Of a DNA stretch of 43,081 bases, positions 12,226 through 25,003 are shown one piece after another. The translations under genes and the position numbers were made by a program. Location: positions 33,963,970-34,007,050 of the forward strand of contig NC_069004.1 of the NCBI RefSeq assembly GCF_001194135.2. Direction: 5' to 3'. This stretch comes from Octopus bimaculoides. Lineage: Eukaryota. Position 1 is the stretch's first letter; each line of letters begins with the position of its first letter. Under the pieces are notes generated by a model that was given only the letters and a program-made list of their open reading frames with translations, had not been told where the DNA came from and did not search any database.

Positions 12226-13069
12226 ATTGGACGGTGTACAACAAGGTACACGTAGCCTGGGAAATATTTCTGAGAGGGAATGGTCTGATGAATTTTTTTT
12301 CTTTTTGTGTGTCTGCTGGTTGGAGGTTGACTGGAGGTTGAAGACTACCAGCACCACTACTACCGCAATCTCTACTGCCACCAAAACGACTTCTAACAGT
12401 GCAAGTACGATTATTACCAAAGGTACAAGCGTCATATTTTCTCCATCACTATAAGTGCCGCCTTATAACTCCGCATTTCGCCGTCATTGCTACCACTCAC
12501 ACAACCAATATCATCATAAGCAATAGCACCAACGTCACCATCACCGTTCTTCATTACTAAGAGCACCGCCGCCGCAGCCACCGCCGNNNNNNNNNNNNNN
12601 NNNNNNNNNNNNNNNNNNNNNNNNNNNNNNNNNNNNNNNNNNNNNNNNNNNNNNNNNNNNNNNNNNNNNNNNNNNNNNNNNNNNNNNNNNNNNNNNNNNN
12701 NNNNNNNNNNNNNNNNNNNNNNNNNNNNNNNNNNNNNNNNNNNNNNNNNNNNNNNNNNNNNNNNNNNNNNNNNNNNNNNNNNNNNNNNNNNNNNNNNNNN
12801 NNNNNNNNNNNNNNNNNNNNNNNNNNNNNNNNNNNNNNNNNNNNNNNNNNNNNNNNNNNNNNNNNNNNNNNNNNNNNNNNNNNNNNNNNNNNNNNNNNNN
12901 NNNNNNNNNNNNNNNNNNNNNNNNNNNNNNNNNNNNNNNNNNNNNNNNNNNNTATATATGCGTGTGTGTATGGGTATGTATGTGTATACATATATCTATA
13001 TACATCTATATCTTTTTAAATATATATGTATGTATACATATGTATAACTATGTATATATATATATATAA

Positions 13070-13104
<35 letters not shown>

Positions 13105-13436
13105 TATGTATGTATAACTATGTATATATATATATATATATTTGTATAAGTATGTGTATATGTATATATATATATACATATATACGCACACACACATATA
13201 TACATGGGGTAGCTATTTCTATATACACCATTCTCCTATTTATTGCAAATAAGACGAATATCTGGGATCTCTTCTCTGCATACAGCAAACACAAGCACAC
13301 ACTCACACGCGCACACACACTCACACACTCACACTTGCAGGTACACATACATTTATATACACCCAATTTTCAATTGTCGGTGAAAAATCGATTGCAAATT
13401 GCAAAATTATTTCATTCTTCTTTACACCAAGTCGCA

Positions 13437-13481
<45 letters not shown>

Positions 13482-13684
13482 ACAGAGAAACTCACACACA
13501 CACGCATGCACGCACGCATACATTCACACACACATATACACATGTATGCATATATACATATGATCGCATTCATGAACACAAAAAATGCATGCATACATTC
13601 CACAGATCTCAATTACAAAGACAAACACAAGCACACACGCACACATACATGTATATACACACACACCCATACAGACACATTTGC

Positions 13685-13727
<43 letters not shown>

Positions 13728-14238
13728 TATAAAATATATTATTTATGTATATATTTTAGTATATGCCCACACATGATGACTCATTCATGTGCACAAAAAT
13801 GCATTCATGTGGACCACATGTGCCTGATTTCAAACACATGAACACATTCTCATGTATATGTTTTGTGGTGAATTGCTCGAAATACGAAGTAGAAAAACAT
13901 CCAACAACCGATGAAGGGTCGTCTTTTCATGTTACTTGTCTTGTTTTCCATTTGTTTCTTTCGTTGTTCGGAAAAAGTTCGTATTCCGTGTTTTCGTATT
14001 TCATGTTGTTTTTGTATTTCATTTTGTTTTTTGTTCCGTGGTGCCTTGTGGCCATATATGCATGTATATACAAATATATTATGTATGTACATATATATGT
14101 ATGTATGCATATATATTTATATATTAATTATATGTATATATATACATATGTATGTATATACATATATATACATATATATATATATATGTATATATATACA
14201 TACATACATATAAATATATGTATGTATATATGTATATT

Positions 14239-14290
<52 letters not shown>

Positions 14291-16332
14291 NNNNNNNNNN
14301 NNNNNNNNNNNNNNNNNNNNNNNNNNNNNNNNNNNNNNNNNNNNNNNNNNNNNNNNNNNNNNNNNNNNNNNNNNNNNNNNNNNNNNNNNNNNNNNNNNNN
14401 NNNNNNNNNNNNNNNNNNNNNNNNNNNNNNNNNNNNNNNNNNNNNNNNNNNNNNNNNNNNNNNNNNNNNNNNNNNNNNNNNNNNNNNNNNNNNNNNNNNN
14501 NNNNNNNNNNNNNNNNNNNNNNNNNNNNNNNNNNNNNNNNNNNNNNNNNNNNNNNNNNNNNNNNNNNNNNNNNNNNNNNNNNNNNNNNNNNNNNNNNNNN
14601 NNNNNNNNNNNNNNNNNNNNNNNNNNNNNNNNNNNNNNNNNNNNNNNNNNNNNNNNNNNNNNNNNNNNNNNNNNNNNNNNNNNNNNNNNNNNNNNNNNNN
14701 NNNNNNNNNNNNNNNNNNNNNNNNNNNNNNNNNNNNNNNNNNNNNNNNNNNNNNNNNNNNNNNNNNNNNNNNNNNNNNNNNNNNNNNNNNNNNNNNNNNN
14801 NNNNNNNNNNNNAAAAGCACTAATAAACTCTCAAACACAAACATGTACGCAGTCGCAAACATACACATATACACGTGTACACATACAAACACCAGCATAC
14901 ACACACACACACACATACAAAGGTTCCAATGCGCGTATACAAAAAAAAAAAAACACACCTCACATACGGAAACACAAATACACGTAATATAAACACCCGC
15001 ATACCTCAAATCACGCATACACAAACATAGGCGCATGCGCACATACTTTCAAGCTGAAACAAATACACATCGGCGCAAATATACACATACAGACAAACGC
15101 ATATAAACGCACGCACGCACGCACACGTTGCTACATATTTAAATACGTATACACAAAACAATACACACGCGTTCACACGCAATGCAAATACTTGCACGCA
15201 CATTATCGCGCACATACATACATGCAGACACACTCAAATCATAACGCCACCAGTAAAACGTAAAGAGAGGAGAACCAAAGAGAAAGAAACTAAATAAATA
15301 ACTATAAAAGTTTAAACAAAGAAAGGAAAAATTCTACAACAATATACATAACCTTAAAGAGTCATAAAAGCAAAATGTATAAGCGAAACAAAAAAGGCAA
15401 ACTAGAATGTAAAATAAAATGAAAGAAATCTAAGCCAAAGCGCACGAATGAGAAATCGCCATTTTAAATGTCGGATTAGGAGAGAGTTTTTTTTTTTACT
15501 TGCGTTTTTATTTGGCTTTCCTTGTTTTTAGTTTTTATAATTATTAAACCTTTTGTTTTCGCGTGCTCTGTGAATTTAAAAGCTTTGCCATCACCATCGA
15601 ATGAAGACATGTATCCCAGCTATTTCTTTTGCAATGAGAGTAGGATGATGAGATAGGAAATAAACTATTAAACTTTCTCAGAACAAACAACAACAACAAC
15701 AACAACAGCAACAGCAGCAACAACAAAAGTTTAATTTTTAAAAAAATATAAATTTAACAAATACGAACAAAAAATGGCGGAAGACACCGAATGAAATAAA
15801 AACACTAAACATTATTTTCCGCTATTTTGATAAAATACTTGCCATAGAGCTATCGGCCTATTGATTTCATTGTTAGCAAAGCAACTGCAGCAGCAGCAAT
15901 TGTAGTAGTAGTAGTAGTAGTAGTGATTGTTGTAGTTTAGCTTGTTGGCGATAATGTTATTTAAACCCAAGAGCGTCCTAAAAGAGCAGGTCTCTAATCA
16001 AACGTCTTCCAACGGTGACCACTCCGTCTTTTTTGTATATCAAAGAAAGACGCATTCAGTGTTCCACAAAAACATTCCATTCTGCTTTCTTTTTGAATAA
16101 TGAAACAAAGAAACATATGTCCAGTACAGCAGACCAGTCATGTCTTGGAGTCGAGTAAAACGTCTCCAAAAGCAGAGCGGAAGGAATCAGACTGACCAAT
16201 GGCAGGAATTTTGACAAAAAGAAAAAAAGAGAGAAAACAAATGTAAATAAATTAAATTCCATTGTAGACATATTCTGATATATTCCATGGTCCGACATCT
16301 CTGTCATCTAGTGTCTTTAAGAGGCAGCAGAT

Positions 16333-16531
16333 AATATTCTTTTCTATTCTAGGCATAAGGCCTGACATTTTTGAGGGAGGGGGCCAGTCGATTAGATTGA
16401 TCCCAGTACGCAACAGGTACTTAATTTATCGACCCCGAAAGGATGAAAGGCAAAGTCGACCTCGGCGGAATTTGAACTCAGAACGTAAGGACAGACGAAA
16501 TACCGCTACGCATTTCGCCCGGCGTGCTAAA
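16333..16531 (-). mobile_element. SINE family A, near full length, young-looking
   Basis: Close match to the 7183-7389 unit in reverse complement. Confidence 0.9.
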
Positions 16532-17532
16532 CAATGTTGTACAGCCGCTAGGAAATTATACTCAACAATATTTTCGTGTTTACTTATTCGATATCTTTAA
16601 TTCTATGTACTGCACTTCCATTTGTCATTGGACCAATTTCTCCATAATTCTCAGTCGAAGTGTTGGGTAGTTTTATAAATACTTCTTCATCTGATACTAA
16701 TATGATATTCGTTAACAAATTTTATCAGTGATAAGTCTTATAACTGTTGGTGGGTGGGTGGTTGGAGTACTTACTAATGTATTTTATTTTAGCAAGGGAT
16801 TGTTTGTTTGTGGTTAGATCTAGTGTTATTTCTAGAAACTATTATTTGGCTTATGGTCATGTAATTTTCAACTACAATAATTAGGGGTTAACAGAAATGG
16901 AATGTCATATCATTTCATACAGAATACGATTGTTATTCCGTCATCACTATATAAGCCCAAGCTAGTGTGTTGTATATTATTTTTAGTAAATGTAGCATGA
17001 ATAATAACCAGAAAACATATATATGCATATATATGCACACACACAATCTGATAACGAACGAATAGGTGTGTGTGTACGTATGCAATTGAATGAATGGGAT
17101 TTTAGCGAACAAGATGAATGAGTTACAGCTAAGAATAACTTTTCAGCTTTCAGAAATAACATTTTTAATTTGCAGTCGAATTATAAGTTCTGAAAGAAAA
17201 GCATGCAAGCCACTCTCACTCACGCTCACTTACTCGTTTTGTATCTTAATTCTTAAAAAAAAAAATAATAAATTATCAAATATATTATCACGTTTGAAAA
17301 TACCAAGCCAGCGACTTCTGCAGGGAACCCGCAGATAATAATTTCGCAATGAAGGCCAAAGTCAATAATATATTCCAATAATATATTCATAGTTGGTAAT
17401 TGATCCGAAGAAATCTTAGAGCTCATAACTGGTAATAGCTTCTTCAGGATGGACTCTGAGGATGTCTCCCAGAATGTTCGGAGTTAAACAATAGAAATTG
17501 CAGGAAATTTATAGCAGATAACGTCTGATATG

Positions 17533-17565
<33 letters not shown>

Positions 17566-18305
17566 NNNNNNNNNNNNNNNNNNNNNNNNNNNNNNNNNNN
17601 NNNNNNNNNNNNNNNNNNNNNNNNNNNNNNNNNNNNNNNNNNNNNNNNNNNNNNNNNNNNNNNNNNNNNNNNNNNNNNNNNNNNNNNNNNNNNNNNNNNN
17701 NNNNNNNNNNNNNNNNNNNNNNNNNNNNNNNNNNNNNNNNNNNNNNNNNNNNNNNNNNNNNNNNNNNNNNNNNNNNNNNNNNNNNNNNNNNNNNNNNNNN
17801 NNNNNNNNNNNNNNNNNNNNNNNNNNNNNNNNNNNNNNNNNNNNNNNNNNNNNNNNNNNNNNNNNNNNNNNNNNNNNNNNNNNNNNNNNNNNNNNNNNNN
17901 NNNNNNNNNNNNNNNNNNNNNNNNNNNNNNNNNAAACAATAGAAATTGCAGGAAATTTATAGCAGATAACGTCTGATATGTATGTATATATATATATATA
18001 TACATACATTTATATATATAAATATATACACACACGCATATATATATATATATACACATATATCAGTACATATATATTCATACATTCATATATGAAGTTC
18101 ATAACTCACGTATTTCTTCAATAAATCCGCAGCTAATAATATTCCCAAGACATTCCTTGTTAGTAACTCCACAAAGAATATTTGTAGTAAATAACGTCTA
18201 GAAGAATATTGGTAATAATGCCTCGAAGAATATTGATAACAACGTCTTGAAGAATATTCGTAGCAGGAATTCCATAGCTAAGAAAATCTCCAAGATACCC
18301 ACGGC

Positions 18306-18593
18306 AAATAACTGGTACTTTGTCGGTTATGACGACGAGGGTTCCACGTTCCAGTTGATCCAATCAACGGAACAGTTCTCCAAAGACACGTGTAACTCTT
18401 AACGTAGTTCTCAGGGAGATTCAGCGTGACACAGAATGTGACATGGTTGACCCCTTTTAAATTACAGGTACCGCTCTTTTTTTCTTTTTGCCAGTTGTTG
18501 TGTGGACTGGATCAACGCGAAATAAAGTGTCTTGCTCAAGGACACAACACACCACCGCCTATCGAACTCTCGTTGTAACCACTAAGCCGCGCA
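18306..18593 (-). mobile_element. SINE family C (tRNA-head)
   Basis: Reverse complement begins gcgcggcttagtggtta (A-box), gagttcgat (B-box), tgttgtgtccttgagcaagacacttt. A second head fragment lies at about 11845-11895. Confidence 0.75.
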
Positions 18594-18823
18594 CGTTTAC
18601 TCCACGGCACATAATGTTACCAAGAAACACGTAGCCATGAAACATCTCTGATATAAGAGCAGCAATCTTAGAGGGTGGGGGGGAGGGAGGTAGTCGACTG
18701 CATTGATCCCAGTATTATTTTTATCTAATTACATACACACACACACACACGCAAACACACGCACACACACACACACATACACACACAAACACACTCACAC
18801 ACACACATTCATACACACACATA

Positions 18824-18978
18824 TTCTTTCAGTTTCCGTCTACGAAATCCGTTCATAAGGCTTCGGTTGACCCAGGACTACAATAAAAGACACTTACTCA
18901 AGGTGCCATGCAGTGGTGCTGAACCCGGAACCATGTCATTGGGAAGCAAATTCTTACCATAAAGCCACAGCTGCGCCT
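18824..18978 (-). mobile_element. SINE family B 5' half
   Basis: Reverse complement of the 1913-2070 and 37633-37797 copies; abuts a (CA)n tract. Confidence 0.85.
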
Positions 18979-19039
18979 ATAATAATTATTGTAACAAAAT
19001 ATAAAGCAATAAGAAAGGCTTCCATTTTGCAGTTTGTTA

Positions 19040-19235
19040 TGTTAGAAATAGCAACTGAATTAACCTCAAATCACAGTTGACAAAATTATATAAAAGAGAA
19101 AGTGTGCAAGCAGGAGACAGAAGTGGTTGATATGGTGTGTCTTAAAAAGAGACGGGATGATCACGGTTGGAGAACACCATTGGTTATAATTATCCCTAAT
19201 TAGAATTGACATTAGTCTAAGCAGCAACAACAACA
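19040..19235 (+). mobile_element. Dispersed repeat family D copy
   Basis: gttagaaatagcaactgaattaacctcaaatcac...cttaaaaagagacgggatgatcacggttgga, followed by a (CAA)n tail. Confidence 0.6.
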
Positions 19236-19712
19236 ACTGCAACAATTACCTCCATCACTTTCCCCCAAAGCAATCGCTAATAATATTCTTTAACGAAGTT
19301 TGTGGTAATAAAATATTAAAAATAATTCCTTGCTAATATCCGAATCTGTAAATTCTCTATAAAAATCCATAGCTAATAACTATACCATCTTCAAGAAAAT
19401 ATTCCCAGCTAATAACGTCTTCGAGAGCATTCCTAGCTAATCATTTGTTTTCATTTTCTTCTTCTTCTACTAGAACCGTAACAGCTAATAACAGTTCTAA
19501 CATTACTCAAAGCCAATAACTTCTTCAAGAAATCGAAGCTAATAATTTCTTCAAGAATCACAAAGCATTTCATTTGCCGAGAAATCCATGGCTAATAAAG
19601 TCTTCTCGAAAATCCATAGTTAATGAGATCTCAACGAAAATTCTTCCCAATAATGTTCATTGCTAATAACTTGCTCAAACCGACTCCTATCTAATTAATA
19701 TACACTCTATAC

Positions 19713-19795
19713 CAATGGTTCCCAACCAGGGGCCCGTGGACCCCTGGTGGTCCACAAAAGTAGTACTGGGGTCCGTCAACTAAATTCAACATTTC
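19713..19795 (+). mobile_element. hAT (Charlie-like) MITE left end
   Basis: caatggttcccaacc TIR-like end preceded by 8-bp ctctatac, with an internal hairpin gtggacc-cctggt-ggtccac. The other end is not seen (gap 19813-20031 follows). Confidence 0.55.
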
Positions 19796-20074
19796 ATATA
19801 TATATATATATANNNNNNNNNNNNNNNNNNNNNNNNNNNNNNNNNNNNNNNNNNNNNNNNNNNNNNNNNNNNNNNNNNNNNNNNNNNNNNNNNNNNNNNN
19901 NNNNNNNNNNNNNNNNNNNNNNNNNNNNNNNNNNNNNNNNNNNNNNNNNNNNNNNNNNNNNNNNNNNNNNNNNNNNNNNNNNNNNNNNNNNNNNNNNNNN
20001 NNNNNNNNNNNNNNNNNNNNNNNNNNNNNNNTATATATACATATGTATGTATGTATATATATAGATATATACAG

Positions 20075-20171
20075 GTACGTGCGTGTGTGTGTGACAGTTT
20101 CTGTCCTGCACTACTGCTTGACAACGGATGTTGGTTCTATTACGGCCCCGTAACTTAGCGGCTCGGCAAAA
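20075..20171 (+). mobile_element. SINE family B 3'-half fragment
   Basis: gcttgacaacggatgttgg...ccccgtaacttagcggctcggcaaaa; preceded by (TA)n/(TG)n and a gap. Confidence 0.65.
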
Positions 20172-20839
20172 TGCTCTGTTAAAAGAAACGTTGATGAAGC
20201 AGAGGTCAAACGGTAACCGAGTTATCGTTGTTTGCCCTGCTTCGAACTTCTAGCACGAACCAATCGGTAAGACTGCGAAGTAATTATTTTCCTCTCTTCG
20301 CGTTCAATGTCAGCAAATGTCAACGTCTTTCTGTTGGTGTGGCTTTGTCTTGGTGTGTCGGAGGAAGAGGAGAAAACTGCATCATTGCAAAACTTGCGAG
20401 GAACAAGAGGGTAAAACGGTTCCAGACCATTGGTTGGTTCCACAAGTAGATTGATAGACCAAAGTGTGGGCAAACCCTTTGCGCACGTGTGCCGGCGCCA
20501 CCTCCGCAACATCAGGAGTTACAAAAACTATCTGTTCTGCAAAACAACGAACGGGACGCCATGTCCAGAGGAGACAAGTGAGGTAAAGCATAAAAAAAGG
20601 GGCAAGAAAAGCAGCAGGAAGGAGAGGAATGATGACGACGATGACATCAGCAATAGGAGATGGCAACGACTATAACAACAACAACAACATCAAGAAGAAG
20701 AAGAAGAAGAAGAATAGCTGCGCCGATAATGACAGGCCCAGGACCGTTATTAAAAGCGACAGCTACAACAACAACAACAACAGCAGCAATGGCAATCCTT
20801 GATGAGGTTAATGTAACACGGAAGTTAATATGGCTTCGG

Positions 20840-21019
20840 ATGTGATTGTCTTTGAGTCGATGTTGTTATTGTTGTTGTTGTTGCAGTTTGCTGCCGCTGT
20901 TGTTGTTGTTGTTGTTGTTGTTGTAGCTGGTTCATTTGATAATGAGGGGGAGGGGTGTTGTTGATTGGTAGCGGCGCTAATTCAACGGTTGCTGACAACG
21001 TCAAAGATGATGATGCTGG

Positions 21020-21060
<41 letters not shown>

Positions 21061-21365
21061 GTATTGATGATGACGACGACGACGGCGATGATGATGATGA
21101 TGATGATGATGATGAGGAGGAGGAGGAGGAAGAGGAGGAGGACGATGCTAATGCTGAAGAAGATGATAGATGATGATGATGACGAGGATGAGGAGATGAA
21201 AGTGAAGGCGCTGAAGGAAATGATAAATGACAATAGTGATGATGATGATGACGATGACAATGACGATGATGATGTTGATGATGATAATGATAATTGACAA
21301 TGATAATGGTAAACGATAGTAAATGATGCTGTTGATGATGATGAAGATGATGATGACGAAGCCAA
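20840..21365. repeat. (GTT)n/(GAT)n/(GAC)n/(GAG)n trinucleotide tract
   Basis: Directly visible; the source of spurious poly-D/M/I ORFs. Confidence 0.95.
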
Positions 21366-21442
21366 TGACCACCATTAAATAAACATTAGCAGTAATAGAA
21401 TGGAAATTAAAAGAATGTCAACACGTGTGAATGTTAGTACGT

Positions 21443-21539
<97 letters not shown>

Positions 21540-21713
21540 AGTTACTGATCATATAAACGCAAGCACGACCAAATGCGTAACAGGTTTGCTTCGCAATCAG
21601 GAGGTCCCATTTTCGATCTTGCTGCTCGGCAACTACGTCAAGAGGATATTCCGTCATCGGAGGCAAATAGGAAAAATGACAAATATGGAAAATCGCCAAA
21701 AGCGTTTTTTTAC

Positions 21714-21782
21714 AATATTTATTTTTGCTTGCAGTAGCTGGTTCTTTTGGTCAAGCAATCGGATCTCCAACTGTTTCTGATG
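21714..21782 (-). CDS. Candidate 69-nt phase-0 exon encoding a leucine-zipper-like segment (unidentified)
   Basis: tttcgccattccatAG acceptor, open frame HQKQLEIRLLDQKNQLLQAKINI, GTAAAA donor; no homology recognised. Confidence 0.25.
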
Positions 21783-21997
21783 CTATGGAATGGCGAAACT
21801 GTTTTTTCGGTTTCTGAAAAAGCAACGTTTCGGACGTACGACAATTGTGCATAATAGTAACGATACACACACACACGCACATACATATACGCACACACAT
21901 ACATATACATACATATACACACATATTTTTGTATGTATATGTATACATATATTTGTGTAAACACATATATACATGTGTGTGCGTGTATATAGGCCCT

Positions 21998-22160
21998 ACT
22001 AGCATAACATTTGGCGCATCAGTGGCGTTTCGTTTGTCTTCATGTTTTGAGTTCAAATTCTGCCGGGGTTGACAATGTCTTTCATCCTTTCGGGGTCGAT
22101 AAAATAAGTACCAGTGGAATTCTGGGATCATGTACTCGACTAGAGCCTCTTCCCTATACC
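21998..22160 (+). mobile_element. SINE family A, diverged
   Basis: gagttcaaattctgccggggttgac...tttcatcctttcggggtcgataaaataagtaccag. Confidence 0.8.
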
Positions 22161-22303
22161 AGGAAGTCTTATAATTCATCGACAGCTTCTCGAAATGGCA
22201 GAATCAACTGGATATCAATCAAAATAGAATTCTGAATTTTTGTAACTTTCATCGATTTACGTTTTCAGATCAAATCCAGGCGAATTTAATTCTAGTTATT
22301 TAT

Positions 22304-22372
<69 letters not shown>

Positions 22373-23965
22373 ATATCGGTAGTTTAAGTTTTTCACCCTT
22401 CCGATCAAATCCACAACACATCCCAACACACAACATCCATCTATCCAGCGCCCCCGCTTAACACCCCACTCACCGAACCAGAAAACTAAGAATTTCTTAG
22501 ACTCGCATCCATGGCAGAAATTGCTATCATTACGAAGGATTTTCATATCAATCAAAAATTTAGATTTTATTTCATATCTGGTCGAGGTTTTTACGACAGA
22601 AAATTTCATTGCTCTACCTTAATATTGGTGGCAAGTTTTATAGGGGAAAGCCTTAAGACGTTGGCAGTGATCGATACATATAAATTTCAGAGATATGGTA
22701 CATGATTTTAAATCTATATTATGTGGCATTAACAACAGTGAGAACATTAATTGAAAAATTATACGTCGTACATTGCGTGGTTTTTGAAACATGTCATCTT
22801 CTCCCGCCAACGCACACTCGTATACGTGCCTTCACGCGCCTCTTCACCTCTCTCTCCCTCTCCATGTGTATATATATGTATATGTATGTATGTATACATT
22901 CGTATGTACATGTGTATATATACATATATATATATACACACACGCGTAATGCATACACAAACATATTTATAAGTATGCGTTTATATGTGCATATAAATAC
23001 ATACGCATGTGCATGAATGCATACATACATATACACGTAAATACACACACACACGAACACACATACATACATACATATATATGCATTTTTATGTGTATAT
23101 AAATACATACGTAAATATATGCATGAATGCAAGCATGAATACTTACATAAATACATATATANNNNNNNNNNNNNNNNNNNNNNNNNNNNNNNNNNNNNNN
23201 NNNNNNNNNNNNNNNNNNNNNNNNNNNNNNNNNNNNNNNNNNNNNNNNNNNNNNNNNNNNNNNNNNNNNNNNNNNNNNNNNNNNNNNNNNNNNNNNNNNN
23301 NNNNNNNNNNNNNNNNNNNNNNNATATATATATATATATATATACATGTATATGTATGTATATACATGAACGAAATGCATCAGTGCATACGTCTATATGC
23401 AGAGATGCATGCATGCAAATGTACATAGCTAAAGGTGCGCACGCATCGAGGCATATGCATTAGTGAAATCTCCTGTTAGGTAATATATGTGCACACATAC
23501 ATACACATACACAGGTGCATAGATGCACACGCATAGATATCAATACGCACTCACACACCCCCGCACACAATCACATATATATACATGTATGTATGCATAT
23601 ATATATATATATATATATGTATGCATATGTGTGTGTGTGTGTGTGTGTGTGTGCGTGCGTGTTTGTATTTATATACACATATACTTACACATACATATAT
23701 ATATGCATATGTATATAGAAACATATGTATATAGTTATCTATATACATATATACATATGTTTATGCATATATATGTCTATATGTATATATATTTATATAC
23801 ATACATATATGTATATATTTATACAGATTTTTTATGTATATTTACACACACACACACACTCACTCACACACAAGCACACATATCTGTCTATCTATCCATC
23901 TATCTATCTATATACATACATACAAACTTATATATATACATACATACAAACTTATATATATACAT

Positions 23966-24036
<71 letters not shown>

Positions 24037-24211
24037 CCCATGCGCACGCACAAAAAATATTATTTTCCCAGAAATCTATGTTTTATTACCTTGTTGTTAT
24101 CTGATTTATCTATACACACACATGCACACACATACATATATACATACATACATACATACTTACATACATACTTACATATATACATACACACATACCTATA
24201 AATGTGTGTGC

Positions 24212-24309
<98 letters not shown>

Positions 24310-24924
24310 ATTACACAAATATGGCCGCTCTGATAAAGATCTTTGTGGATATAACAATGTTTTGAAACAAAATATTAAATTAATGGAGAGATTATCATTT
24401 ACAAAATTTGTATTTAAATATTTTCTTTATGTCTATATGTTATTGTGGCAAGAGATACTTATACATCACCATACATATTAATATCTATACATCCTTGTGG
24501 GCTTATATTTGTATATATTATCGTCTATCTATATTTCAATACCCTATTGTGAATGTTTTTTGCTGTTTTACTATGGTTATTCATATACATTCATACGTAC
24601 ATACATACATACATACATGCATACATACATACATACATATATACACACACATACGTACGTACGTACATACATACATACATACATACATACATACATACAT
24701 ACGTACATATAAAAATGTGACATTGTTTTCCTTATCTATATTCCAGCGATAGAGTTTTGTATCTTTGTTAGAAACCGGCTCCTTCCTCAGACGAAGAATT
24801 ACAGTAATTAAAAAAACAGAAGCAAGCATTAATACGTACACATACATACATATATACGCACACATATACATACACACCCATAAATATAAACATATATTAT
24901 CATTTATAGCTGCCTGTCTATCTT

Positions 24925-25003
<79 letters not shown>

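Larger units (their letters stand above)
17330..19690. repeat. Degenerate 24-28 bp minisatellite (consensus about gctaataacgtcttcaagaaaatccata) in three blocks, about 17330-17530, 18120-18305 and 19260-19690
   Basis: Units include aataacgtctagaagaatattggt x3 (18190-18261), gctaataacgtcttcgagagcattccta (19408), gccaataacttcttcaagaaatcgaa (19512) and gctaataaagtcttctcgaaaatccata (19591). Confidence 0.75.

Noticed and set aside
13776-13784. Isolated AP-1 site ATGACTCAT
   Set aside because: A handful of 7-bp AP-1 matches are expected by chance in 37 kb
16575-16715. Minus frame NLLTNIILVSDEEVFIKLPNTSTENYGEIGPMTNGSAVHRIKDIE*
   Set aside because: Only about 45 codons, within chance expectation; weak acceptor and no homology
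17330-19690. Repeats of about 24-28 bp as a CRISPR-like array
   Set aside because: The units are contiguous, degenerate and variable in length with no unique spacers; eukaryotic context and no cas genes
20397-20545. Sushi/CCP-like ...STCGTNQWSGTVLPSC on the minus strand
   Set aside because: Lacks the second conserved Cys and the GY/F-x-L-x-G spacing, and stops shortly after
20955-21173. Highly acidic D/E ORF resembling a nucleolin- or aspein-type acidic protein
   Set aside because: Pure (GAT)/(GAG) slippage tract identical in kind to others at 1366, 33300, 38630 and 42010
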